A stretch of DNA of 39,208 bases from Chthonomonadaceae bacterium (GTDB taxonomy: Bacteria > Armatimonadota > Chthonomonadetes > Chthonomonadales > Chthonomonadaceae). The stretch lies in NCBI GenBank assembly GCA_035650735.1, contig DASRGZ010000017.1:62001-101208 (forward strand), read 5' to 3'. Under the pieces are notes generated by a model, which saw nothing but the letters and a program-made list of their open reading frames with translations, searched no databases and was not told the origin of the DNA. The translations under genes and the position numbers were made by a program. Each line of letters begins with the position of its first letter. Position 1 is the first letter of the stretch. Below are positions 27,982 through 35,697 of this stretch, piece by piece.

Positions 27982-29649
27982 ATGAGAGGCATGCAAGCAT
28001 CCACGCCATTTCGTATCGCCTCCGCATTTCCGGGGCGTATTCGCCTTCAGTTCGCTCCTGCTTACGGAGACAATGGACGTCTGCGGGCGTGCGCGGATCG
28101 TGTGGCAGCGCTGGCCGGGGTGCAGGCTGCCCAAGTCGTTCCGGAGGCCCGCAGTGTCATCGTGCGCTATGTCCCCACGCAGCGGCAGCTTGAGTCCGTG
28201 CTTGATCTGATCCAACGGATAGCCATAGAGAGCGCGCGTCTGCCTGTAACGAGGCAATCCCGGAGCCGTGATGCCGGCACAGCGAGCGCCGCGATTCTCT
28301 CCACGGATTCCCGGCGGGCGCTCAAGCGCGCGGCCTCCCCGGCGTCACAGCAGCGCGAAACCCTCTCTACCAGGAATCTGGCTCAGGAAAAGCCGCGTGG
28401 CCTCAAGGCTCTGTTCCTGCCCTCGGTGGCGGTCGCATTCGCCGCCACAGAACTGTTTCCGGTGGCGGTGACCGGAGCGCTGTTAGCGATGGCCGTCGTT
28501 CCCATCGCGCAGCGCGCCGCCAGAGGCGTCCGCCGGCGCCAGGTCACAACGGATGAGCTAGACCTGGCAAACATAGCGCTGTTGGCTTTGCAGGAACGTT
28601 TTTTGACTGCGAGCGGTATTGCCTGGCTCATCAGCCTGGGGGAATTTATCCGGGGGCAAATTATCCGCTATTCCCGTCAGGAAGCCGCACGCCAGGCATT
28701 TGCGGCGGGAATGCGAGCCGGGGCCAACGCAGAGGAGGCTCTGCCGCAGGCGCGTGCAATGGTCGAGCAGATCGCAAACGCGCCTCTCTCGGATACCACC
28801 GTCTATCAAAATTCCGTTCAAGTCGGGGATCGCCTGGCCTATCCTCTCTTTGGCGTGGCCGCCCTGGGCCTGCTCTTGCGGCGCGACCCGCGCAATTTTA
28901 TTGGGATCATCAAGCCGGGACGCGATTTCGCCTCTGCGATGCGTTTTGGCGCCCCGATGCCGGTCTTGAGCGCCATGACGGCAGGGAGCCGCCAGGGAGT
29001 GCTGATCCGGCGGGGAGAAGCGGTGGAAAGACTGGCGCAGGTAAACGCGGTCGTGTTCGTCAGCCTGGAGGCGACAGGGGAGAGAGAGACGCTGCCGCGT
29101 GTGGTGGAGGGACTCCTGGAGCGCGGCGTTACGCGCTTTGTCCTGCCAACCCAGGAGTCGGCGCGCGTTGCGCAGGCGGCCTCAGCCCGTTATGGCCGGC
29201 CCGATGTCCTTGTCGAAGCGCTCTCTACGGAACCGACCGAGGTTGTGCAGCGTCTACGTGATCAAGGGCATATCGTAGCGGTAGTCATCAATGGCAGGCA
29301 CGGGCGGGAGAGGCTCCCTGCGGCGGACGTGACTATCTCCCTCACACCGGAGGGAAGAGACACGCAGGACGCCGACATCCTCCTGACCGGCAGCCTCGAA
29401 AGTTTGCTGCCGGTCATAGATGTTGCGCGCGAGGCGATGGATATTCTCCAGCAGAACACGGCTATCGCCGCAGGAGCGTCTGCCTTCAACCTGGCGACGG
29501 CGCTGTTGAGAGTAGGGCCTCCGCCGCTGTCCACGCTGATCAATACGAGCACGGTAGCAGCGATTGGGATAAACGCGCTGCGTCCGCTCCGTGGCGGCTC
29601 TGCGGTTCGAACGCCTGCGCCACGCCGCTTGCTGCCGGCGCCCACATAG
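27982..29649 (+). CDS. Degenerate P1B-type ATPase homologue (HMA2 + membrane domain + vestigial P domain)
   Basis: PGRIRL HMA2 domain; GVLIRRGEAVERLAQVNAVVF followed by VSLEA instead of DKTGT; no TGE; GDGxND replaced by INGRHG; REAMDILQQN and INTSTVAAIGINALRPL retained; RBS CAGGAG. Confidence 0.82.
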   Translation: MRGMQASTPFRIASAFPGRIRLQFAPAYGDNGRLRACADRVAALAGVQAAQVVPEARSVIVRYVPTQRQLESVLDLIQRIAIESARLPVTRQSRSRDAGTASAAILSTDSRRALKRAASPASQQRETLSTRNLAQEKPRGLKALFLPSVAVAFAATELFPVAVTGALLAMAVVPIAQRAARGVRRRQVTTDELDLANIALLALQERFLTASGIAWLISLGEFIRGQIIRYSRQEAARQAFAAGMRAGANAEEALPQARAMVEQIANAPLSDTTVYQNSVQVGDRLAYPLFGVAALGLLLRRDPRNFIGIIKPGRDFASAMRFGAPMPVLSAMTAGSRQGVLIRRGEAVERLAQVNAVVFVSLEATGERETLPRVVEGLLERGVTRFVLPTQESARVAQAASARYGRPDVLVEALSTEPTEVVQRLRDQGHIVAVVINGRHGRERLPAADVTISLTPEGRDTQDADILLTGSLESLLPVIDVAREAMDILQQNTAIAAGASAFNLATALLRVGPPPLSTLINTSTVAAIGINALRPLRGGSAVRTPAPRRLLPAPT

Positions 29650-29657
29650 GAAACCTG

Positions 29658-30164
29658 ATGAGGATAGAGAAGACAAAGCCCGTAAAGTCGTCTGCGCGGC
29701 CTCGCCCCGTCCGGCCTGAAGCCGAGCTCAAGGCGCTCCTCTGGCCGGTAATCAAGCGGCTGCCCACCTACATCCGGCTGGGTTGGGCGCTCCTCCGGGA
29801 GCCGGCCATCGCCCATCGGCATAAGGCACTGCTATATGCGGCGATTGCCTACAGCGTGACGCCCGCGCATCTGGTGCTCAGCCCGGTCCCGGTGCTGGGA
29901 CAGATAGATAACATTGTGCTCTTGTTCCTGGGCTTACAGCAGGCGTCTGCCCATTGTCCGCCCGAAGTGCGCACGCGTCATCTGGCTCGCCTGAAGCTGG
30001 CCCCCACGCAACTAGACCGCGACCTGCATACCCTCCTCTATGTTGCCTGGCGCGCGCTCGGAAAGGTGGGCCGTCCTGTGGGCAGCAACCTGCGCTTTGC
30101 CGGGCGGGTTATGCGGGGCTTCAGCCGCCGGGTGCTCAAGCGGCTGGCAGGGAATGAGGCGTAG
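29658..30164 (+). CDS. DUF1232/YkvA family protein
   Basis: KALLYAAIAYSVTPAHLV..PVPVLGQIDNI matches a diverged Y.xxP.D.IPD.IPVLG.xDD pattern. Confidence 0.75.
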   Translation: MRIEKTKPVKSSARPRPVRPEAELKALLWPVIKRLPTYIRLGWALLREPAIAHRHKALLYAAIAYSVTPAHLVLSPVPVLGQIDNIVLLFLGLQQASAHCPPEVRTRHLARLKLAPTQLDRDLHTLLYVAWRALGKVGRPVGSNLRFAGRVMRGFSRRVLKRLAGNEA

Positions 30165-30181
30165 GTGACGGAGGAGGACCG

Positions 30182-30448
30182 ATGGATCCGATTTCAATTT
30201 CAATTGAGCTAGAACTGGGCGCTCTGCTAATAGCGGCCGTCGGTGCGGTCGCCACCTGGCTGCACAACCGGCACCACAAGGCCAATCGGAGGCAGCGTGA
30301 ACGTCATTATCGGCAAATGCGGGCGCAGGAGGAACGCCATCACCGCGAACGTCTGGCTGCCCTGCACACCGAACGCGGGATAGAGCGCAGCCTGGAGACG
30401 ATGGCGAGCGCACCTAAGAGAAGATCGTCGAACAGCTCGACAGGGTAG
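30182..30448 (+). CDS. Small single-TM hypothetical protein, His/Arg-rich
   Basis: Strong RBS GGAGGAGG; TM LGALLIAAVGAVATWL; then HNRHHK..ERHY..ERHHRE. Confidence 0.65.
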   Translation: MDPISISIELELGALLIAAVGAVATWLHNRHHKANRRQRERHYRQMRAQEERHHRERLAALHTERGIERSLETMASAPKRRSSNSSTG

Positions 30449-30496
30449 CGCGCAATTAAGCAGAATTTTGCGTTTTGTTGAGATAGCTCCTATCTC

Positions 30497-30578
30497 GGTA
30501 ATCCCTCCCAACGGTGTTGACGTATCTCCTCAGCAGCAGGCTGCGTGAGATTGATCCACACGGCTGGGAGTGTCTACT
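30497..30578. mobile_element. 82-bp MITE, IS1-like ends, copy 2
   Basis: 79/82 identical to 3574-3655; direct repeat CCTATCTC at 30489-30496 and 30579-30586 (extendable to 10 bp). Confidence 0.85.
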
Positions 30579-30630
30579 CCTATCTCATCGCAGAGTGTAA
30601 ACTCGCGCTTAACAGAGCACTAGCCTGGGC

Positions 30631-30740
30631 CGTCTCGCTCAGAGGACTTACGATGGACCTAATGCCACGCCCTTTCTGGGTAGGGGTTGGCGACGGGGGG
30701 CGCGTCTCGCTCAGAGGACTTACGATGGACCTAATGCCAC
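30631..30740. repeat. Perfect 38-bp direct repeat with 34-bp spacer (CRISPR-like geometry)
   Basis: CGTCTCGCTCAGAGGACTTACGATGGACCTAATGCCAC at 30631-30668 and 30703-30740. The repeat is certain; its CRISPR nature is not. Confidence 0.9.
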
Positions 30741-31246
30741 TTACCGATGGGGCTGATCTGGTGCGCACGCGCTCTCCGATAGCTTATACGGAGGCCGAGC
30801 AGCAGTTCAGTCTATTCATGCAGCGCAAATTGCACCGTCTGCTGCGTGGGGCCGAGAACAACTTGATCCTCATGCGCCGCTACTGCCAGGACAGGCCCGA
30901 AGTCGCCTTCTTTTTGCCGTCTCGGATAGAGAAGCAGCAGATTCGCTGTCAGGTGGCGGAAGGGATCGTCCAGGGTGTCCTGCGGTTCCTGGATCCATTT
31001 GCTCCGGGCGGCCCGATAGCTCAGCAGGTTCGCTCCGACCGGCTGATTGAGATCCAGACGTTTCCGACGCAGTATCCGCATATTGTCGTCGAGCGCACTG
31101 ATGTCTTCCAGAGGCAGAGTGGGCAGTGCCTCTACATCGAATGGCAGGCCGTCCGTGTGCAAAACCAGCGCAAATCCACGCTGGTCAACCGGGCGCTGGA
31201 TATAGCCAACCTGGGCCTGGAGCTTGTCAGGTTCATTCGTCCCTGA
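30725..31246 (+). CDS. Hypothetical protein (173 aa; alternative in-frame start 30653)
   Basis: RBS AGAGGA plus ATG inside each repeat copy; open frame with protein-like composition; no family recognised. Confidence 0.7.
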   Translation: MDLMPLTDGADLVRTRSPIAYTEAEQQFSLFMQRKLHRLLRGAENNLILMRRYCQDRPEVAFFLPSRIEKQQIRCQVAEGIVQGVLRFLDPFAPGGPIAQQVRSDRLIEIQTFPTQYPHIVVERTDVFQRQSGQCLYIEWQAVRVQNQRKSTLVNRALDIANLGLELVRFIRP

Positions 31247-31545
31247 AGCTAGGTCCGGAGAAACCGGTGGCACTGGACGTGAGCCTCTCCCTCTTTGGCA
31301 ATCCACTAGATTAGAGGGCTTGGCAGAACGAACAGAGCAAGCGCGCACGGTAATACTAACAACATTTGTGCAGTAGAGTTCACGTAACGAGAAGGACAGG
31401 TACGTGGGGATCTGTCCTTCTCTTATCAAGCTAACAACTCAGAGGACTAGTCGTTCTTGTGGCTCTGGCGGCCTGCCTTGGCATGCGGCTCCTCGGAGCC
31501 GCCCCGCTGGCTGTTGCTACCGCCCTGATTGCCACCCCGACCACC

Positions 31546-31827
31546 CTAATCGTTGTCTTTGGCGCGGGCTTCCCCGCCCTTGCGGCCGATCTCAGCCATA
31601 TGCTCACGGTCTTTGCTGACCTCTTCGCCGCCCTTGCGACCGGCCTGGGCATGACCTTGCGGGTCGCCATGCCAGCCACGGCCTTCGCCCTCGCCTTCGC
31701 GATCAGAGTGCGCTTTTCCGTGACCGCCGTGGGAAGCTTCCCCGCCTTTACGGGCGATCTCACGCCGCTTCTCCTCGTCCATGGAGGCAAAGCCGCGCTT
31801 GTCATCACTACTTTTCTTGTCTGCCAT
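31546..31827 (-). CDS. KGG-repeat general stress protein (GsiB/YciG-like)
   Basis: RGFASMDEEKRREIARKGGEAS, GRKGGEEVSKDREHMAEIGRKGGE. Confidence 0.92.
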   Translation of the reverse strand: MADKKSSDDKRGFASMDEEKRREIARKGGEASHGGHGKAHSDREGEGEGRGWHGDPQGHAQAGRKGGEEVSKDREHMAEIGRKGGEARAKDND

Positions 31828-32149
31828 TGTTGTGTCCCTCTTGGAGACTTTGCTCCCTTCTAGGGGAGCTTACTTGGGTTCGGAAAGGTTGTTCCCTATC
31901 GCCAGGGGTCTTCTTTTCCGCCCTTCTATGGATGTGCTTGCTAGATAGCATTACAGATCTGCAAGCAGGCGTAGGACGGAGCAGACGGGCAGGAATGTAT
32001 CATACCTAAGTTGGAAATACGAACTGATAAAAAGGCGGAGATAAGGTGAAACGCCTTCAACTAAAGATAGAGCAGGAGCTAAGTCTTGAGTTTCCCTGTT
32101 CTGTACCTGTCTCAACATCATCGTCTCTTTTCTTGATGGCCATTCTGAG

Positions 32150-32455
32150 CTATGAGCGGGTGGAAGAGGGCTTATAGGCCGTCCAGAGTATCCAACTTGC
32201 CACCAGCAGCAGAAAGCCATACCCAAGCCCGGCCAAATAAGGCAACGGCTTCTCCCAACCGGCCCGGTGCGCCACAAACGTCAGGATAACCGCAACAAGC
32301 CCGGCCAGCAATGGGATCACCACGACGCTGGCTACAGCTACCAACCCGCGCAAGAGCGGTTTCCACCAGACCGCCTCGCCCTGCCGCGACCTGGTTATCC
32401 TTCTGCCGACCCACAAACTGATCAGAAATCCGACGGCAGCTCCCCATCCGAACAT
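32150..32455 (-). CDS. Small multi-TM hypothetical protein, probably disrupted (original start at 32595)
   Basis: Three hydrophobic segments; the strong RBS and ATG lie on the far side of the 32471-32575 element. Confidence 0.55.
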   Translation of the reverse strand: MFGWGAAVGFLISLWVGRRITRSRQGEAVWWKPLLRGLVAVASVVVIPLLAGLVAVILTFVAHRAGWEKPLPYLAGLGYGFLLLVASWILWTAYKPSSTRS

Positions 32456-32470
32456 GCCTACCAGCAGCCA

Positions 32471-32575
32471 CTAGTAGTCCGTCAAGGTAGGATTCTATGG
32501 ATGCACTTGAGATTAGGATCACAGCATTTGCAATCTCATCGGCTATCCATGCATTCTACCTTGACGGACTACTAG
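32471..32575. mobile_element. 105-bp CTAG-bounded MITE
   Basis: Perfect 20-bp terminal IR CTAGTAGTCCGTCAAGGTAG (32471-32490 / 32556-32575); interior also partly self-complementary. Confidence 0.85.
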
Positions 32576-32961
32576 GCAACGCCTCCGCTCTGCATGGCTC
32601 CCTCCTCTCTGCTGCACTAAGGAGTATCCGGTTCGTCTGTATGCCCCAGGATTTGCATGAGCGCGCTTGCAGCAATAGGTTAGGAATAGTTGGGATTGAC
32701 CCGGCTGACGACCTTGATCGTTCCATCCTGAAGTGCGCCCCACTACCCATTGGCCATCCATTCTCCTCGTATGTCCACGCCCGTCTGTTCTTAGAGAAAA
32801 GGGTGTCATGTCCCTCTCCTCGCCTGGGAAGATCAAGGGCCTCCCGGTTAGTACTGTGAGTATACAGCAGAGAAAGCGCGGCAGCATGGGCCGAAAGCCC
32901 CAATTTTCCTCGGTAGTGAGCTATCAAGGGGCTTTTTCATTTGCGCCCTGGCCGGTCAAGT

Positions 32962-33016
32962 CTTAACCGAAATTTAATAGCGCCTTAATTGGGGCTTAAC
33001 AGGTGGGCAGTATACT
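32962..33016 (+). promoter_or_regulatory. Pho-box-like array (four YTTAAY units, 11-bp period) and -10 box
   Basis: TTAA at 32963, 32974, 32985 and 32996; TATACT at 33011-33016, 10 bp after the last unit. Confidence 0.65.
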
Positions 33017-33078
33017 GACGTCCGAACGAAGCAAATCTACGTGCTTTACATTTCGGTTTACAGAAAGGAAGGCGTACA

Positions 33079-34080
33079 ATGCTGCTCACCAATCTCCCCC
33101 CTCAGCGGCGATCCCGGCACGGATTTACGCTTATTGAACTGCTCGTCGTCATCGCGATAATCGCGATTCTGGCGGCCATTCTCTTTCCTGTCTTCGCCCA
33201 GGCGCGTGAGAAGGCGCGACAGACTGCGTGTCTTTCCAACACCAAGCAGATAGGCACCGCCATCATGATGTACGTCCAGGACTACGATGAGACGTACTCG
33301 CCGGGCTACTACTACAACGATCCCACTGCGGTCGGCAATCTGGACGCTACCGGGATTCACAACTGGTCGGGCCTGATACAACCTTACGTCAAGAACCGAG
33401 GCATTTTCGTCTGCCCTAGCGACAAGGTTGGTGGGCCGCCTCCGACCAACTTCCGGCCTGATACTAATAACGATGGCGCGGGCATTCCCAGCGGGGCCGT
33501 TCCCTTAAATCCGAATATACAGGATGATCAAGCGCCCCGCCTGAGCTACACATGTAATGAAGCGATCATGCCGCGCCCTCGCGGCGGTATTGGTGGTGTC
33601 ATGGTGGGACAGCCGCAAAATGTAGTCACCCTTGCAGCCGTGGATGCTCCGGCCCAGGTGATTGCGGTTACCGAGTTTACGGATTATCTGAACGCTATCA
33701 GCGGCAACGGGCCGGGCGGCGTTGCCTATAAATCGCACCGCCCCTCGGATGCGTGGGCGCTGGATGCAGCAGGAAATACGCCTTACGACACAAGCCATAT
33801 CGGGCAAAGCCCGATCTATGCGCTCAGCCCGGCGGCGGCCAAGCGCATCTTTGATGCCCAACCCACTGCGCCTTTCGGCGGTGGCTCCTATCCGCACCTC
33901 ATTTATGTGAACGCCGGACGGCATTCGGGCGGCAACACCTTCACCTTCGCGGATGGTCACTCCAAGTGGTACAAGGTGGAGCAGACACTCGACTGCAACA
34001 ACTTCCTCTGGGGTAAGCGTGCCTACAACCAGGGCGGCGAACCCATCCTGTGCCCCAGCACCGGAGAGCCGGTTCAGTAG
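33079..34080 (+). CDS. Prepilin-type N-terminal cleavage/methylation protein with H-X9-DG domain (DUF1559-like)
   Basis: [77 protein letters not shown]. Confidence 0.93.
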   Translation: MLLTNLPPQRRSRHGFTLIELLVVIAIIAILAAILFPVFAQAREKARQTACLSNTKQIGTAIMMYVQDYDETYSPGYYYNDPTAVGNLDATGIHNWSGLIQPYVKNRGIFVCPSDKVGGPPPTNFRPDTNNDGAGIPSGAVPLNPNIQDDQAPRLSYTCNEAIMPRPRGGIGGVMVGQPQNVVTLAAVDAPAQVIAVTEFTDYLNAISGNGPGGVAYKSHRPSDAWALDAAGNTPYDTSHIGQSPIYALSPAAAKRIFDAQPTAPFGGGSYPHLIYVNAGRHSGGNTFTFADGHSKWYKVEQTLDCNNFLWGKRAYNQGGEPILCPSTGEPVQ

Positions 34081-34106
34081 CTCTCTCCTCGCCCGTGCAA
34101 TAAGAG

Positions 34107-34143
34107 AAGTGGAAGGTTCGACCGGAGGAACCTTCCACTTTTT
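34107..34143 (+). terminator. Intrinsic terminator
   Basis: 13-bp perfect stem AAGTGGAAGGTTC/GAACCTTCCACTT, 8-nt loop, T run, 27 nt after the stop codon. Confidence 0.8.
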
Positions 34144-34470
34144 CGGCTTTTCTGCGGCCATTCTAGGCAGGCTGGGGCGCGCTTCCCTCCCGCCCGGAGG
34201 CCCCGGAACACCGGATTTGCGCCCGACGTATTACTATATAATAATCCAAATTGATAATATTTGCGCGATACTGCGTTGCTGTTGCCTCCGCGCGCTGCCC
34301 GGAGCGCCCTCCTGACGCACTCCCGTCGGCAGGGCCGACAAAACTCGGAAAGCCGGCGGCGGATAGGTTGTGAAAAGGCGCACTCTTGCCGATAATGCAA
34401 AGCGCGCCCGTGACGGCGACCCGGCCCACAAGGCGGCGCCGCGCGCATGGCGAAGGGAGAGACACACGAT

Positions 34471-35697
34471 ATGCCCTCGGAAACGATCCGCCTGGACGGA
34501 CATATCATCGACTCGCTGACGCTGTCGAAGGTGCTGGACATCATCCTGCGCGACGGCGGGCAGTATAAAATTAGTGATTTCGACATCGGCCAGACCCGCG
34601 CCGACGTCAGCCACGCCGAGATCGTCGTCAGCGCCCCCGACATGCCCACTTTGGAACACATTTTGCATGTCGTACAGCAGCACGGCGCGACGCGCGCTGC
34701 CGGCGAAACCTGCACGGAGCCTGCCCCCGCCGACGGCGTGTTCCCGGAAGGCTTCTACGCGACCACTAACCTCGAAACGGCGGTGCGCTACGCAGGACGC
34801 TGGCTCCCGGTCGAGAACATTGAGATGGACTGCGGGATTGTCATCGAGGGGCAGGGCGAGCAGGCCCGCGCTCGGTGCGTGCCCGTCCATCGTATCCAGA
34901 AGGGGGATGCGGTCGTCGTCGGGGATCGGGGCGTGCGCGTGACGCCGCTGGAGCGGCGCAACCCGATGGACCCCTTCGCCTTCATGGGCAGTGAGGTCTC
35001 CTCCGAGCGGCCCAAAGAACTGGTCGTGGCCGCCATTGCGCAGGCCATGCGGGAGGCGCACGCCGCCGGGCAGAAGGTGCTGTTTGTGGGCGGACCGGCC
35101 ATCCTGCACACCGGCGCGGGGCACTACCTGGAGGCGATCCTGCGCGCGGGCTGGATAGATGTGCTGTTTGCGGGCAACGCCCTGGCGACCCACGATATTG
35201 AGCGCGCCCTCTACGGCACCTCGCTGGGCGTGGACCTGGCTTCCGGCGTCCCGATGGCGCACGGCCATGAGCATCATCTGCGCGCCATCAATCGAATTCG
35301 CGCGGCGGGCGGCATCCGGCAGGCCGTCGAGCAAGGCATCCTTACGTCCGGCATCATGCATGCCTGCGTGACCAGCGGGGTGGACTACGTGCTGGCCGGC
35401 AGCATCCGCGACGACGGCCCGCTGCCCGACGTGATCACCGATTCCGTGCTAGCTCAGGACGCCATGCGCGAGCGCGTGCGCGGCGTGGGCGTCGCCATCA
35501 TGGTCGCCACGACCCTGCACTCCATCGCCACCGGCAACCTGCTGCCTGCCTCCGTCCGCACCGTCTGCGTCGACTCGGACGCCGACACGGTGATCAAATT
35601 GATGGACCGGGGAACGCATCAGGCGTTCGGACTCGTTACAGATTGTGAGTTCTTTTTAAAGGAGCTTGCGGCCCGTCTTCCGGGGGTACTGCTATGA
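34471..35697 (+). CDS. TIGR00300 / LOR-SDH conserved-domain protein (ornithine cyclodeaminase-like, C-terminal part of AgrE/ArgZ)
   Basis: LDGHIIDS, DGVFPEGFYATTN, EMDCGIV, FAFMGSEVSSERP, GPAILHTG, GNALATHDIE, LAGSIRDDGPLPD, LHSIATGN, KLMDRG. Confidence 0.88.
   Translation: MPSETIRLDGHIIDSLTLSKVLDIILRDGGQYKISDFDIGQTRADVSHAEIVVSAPDMPTLEHILHVVQQHGATRAAGETCTEPAPADGVFPEGFYATTNLETAVRYAGRWLPVENIEMDCGIVIEGQGEQARARCVPVHRIQKGDAVVVGDRGVRVTPLERRNPMDPFAFMGSEVSSERPKELVVAAIAQAMREAHAAGQKVLFVGGPAILHTGAGHYLEAILRAGWIDVLFAGNALATHDIERALYGTSLGVDLASGVPMAHGHEHHLRAINRIRAAGGIRQAVEQGILTSGIMHACVTSGVDYVLAGSIRDDGPLPDVITDSVLAQDAMRERVRGVGVAIMVATTLHSIATGNLLPASVRTVCVDSDADTVIKLMDRGTHQAFGLVTDCEFFLKELAARLPGVLL

Noticed and set aside
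30545..30652. ORF-track start at 30545 for the hypothetical gene
   Set aside because: That GTG lies inside the MITE and has no RBS; RBS-ATG pairs are at 30653 and 30725.
30631..30740. Annotating this as a bona fide CRISPR array
   Set aside because: Only two repeats, no cas genes, no convincing third repeat, and the repeat doubles as a translation start; kept as a repeat and a hypothesis.
32600..32930. Short minus-strand ORFs upstream of the 105-bp MITE
   Set aside because: An RBS-ATG exists near 32809 but no frame gives a recognisable protein; possibly a decayed gene, not supportable.
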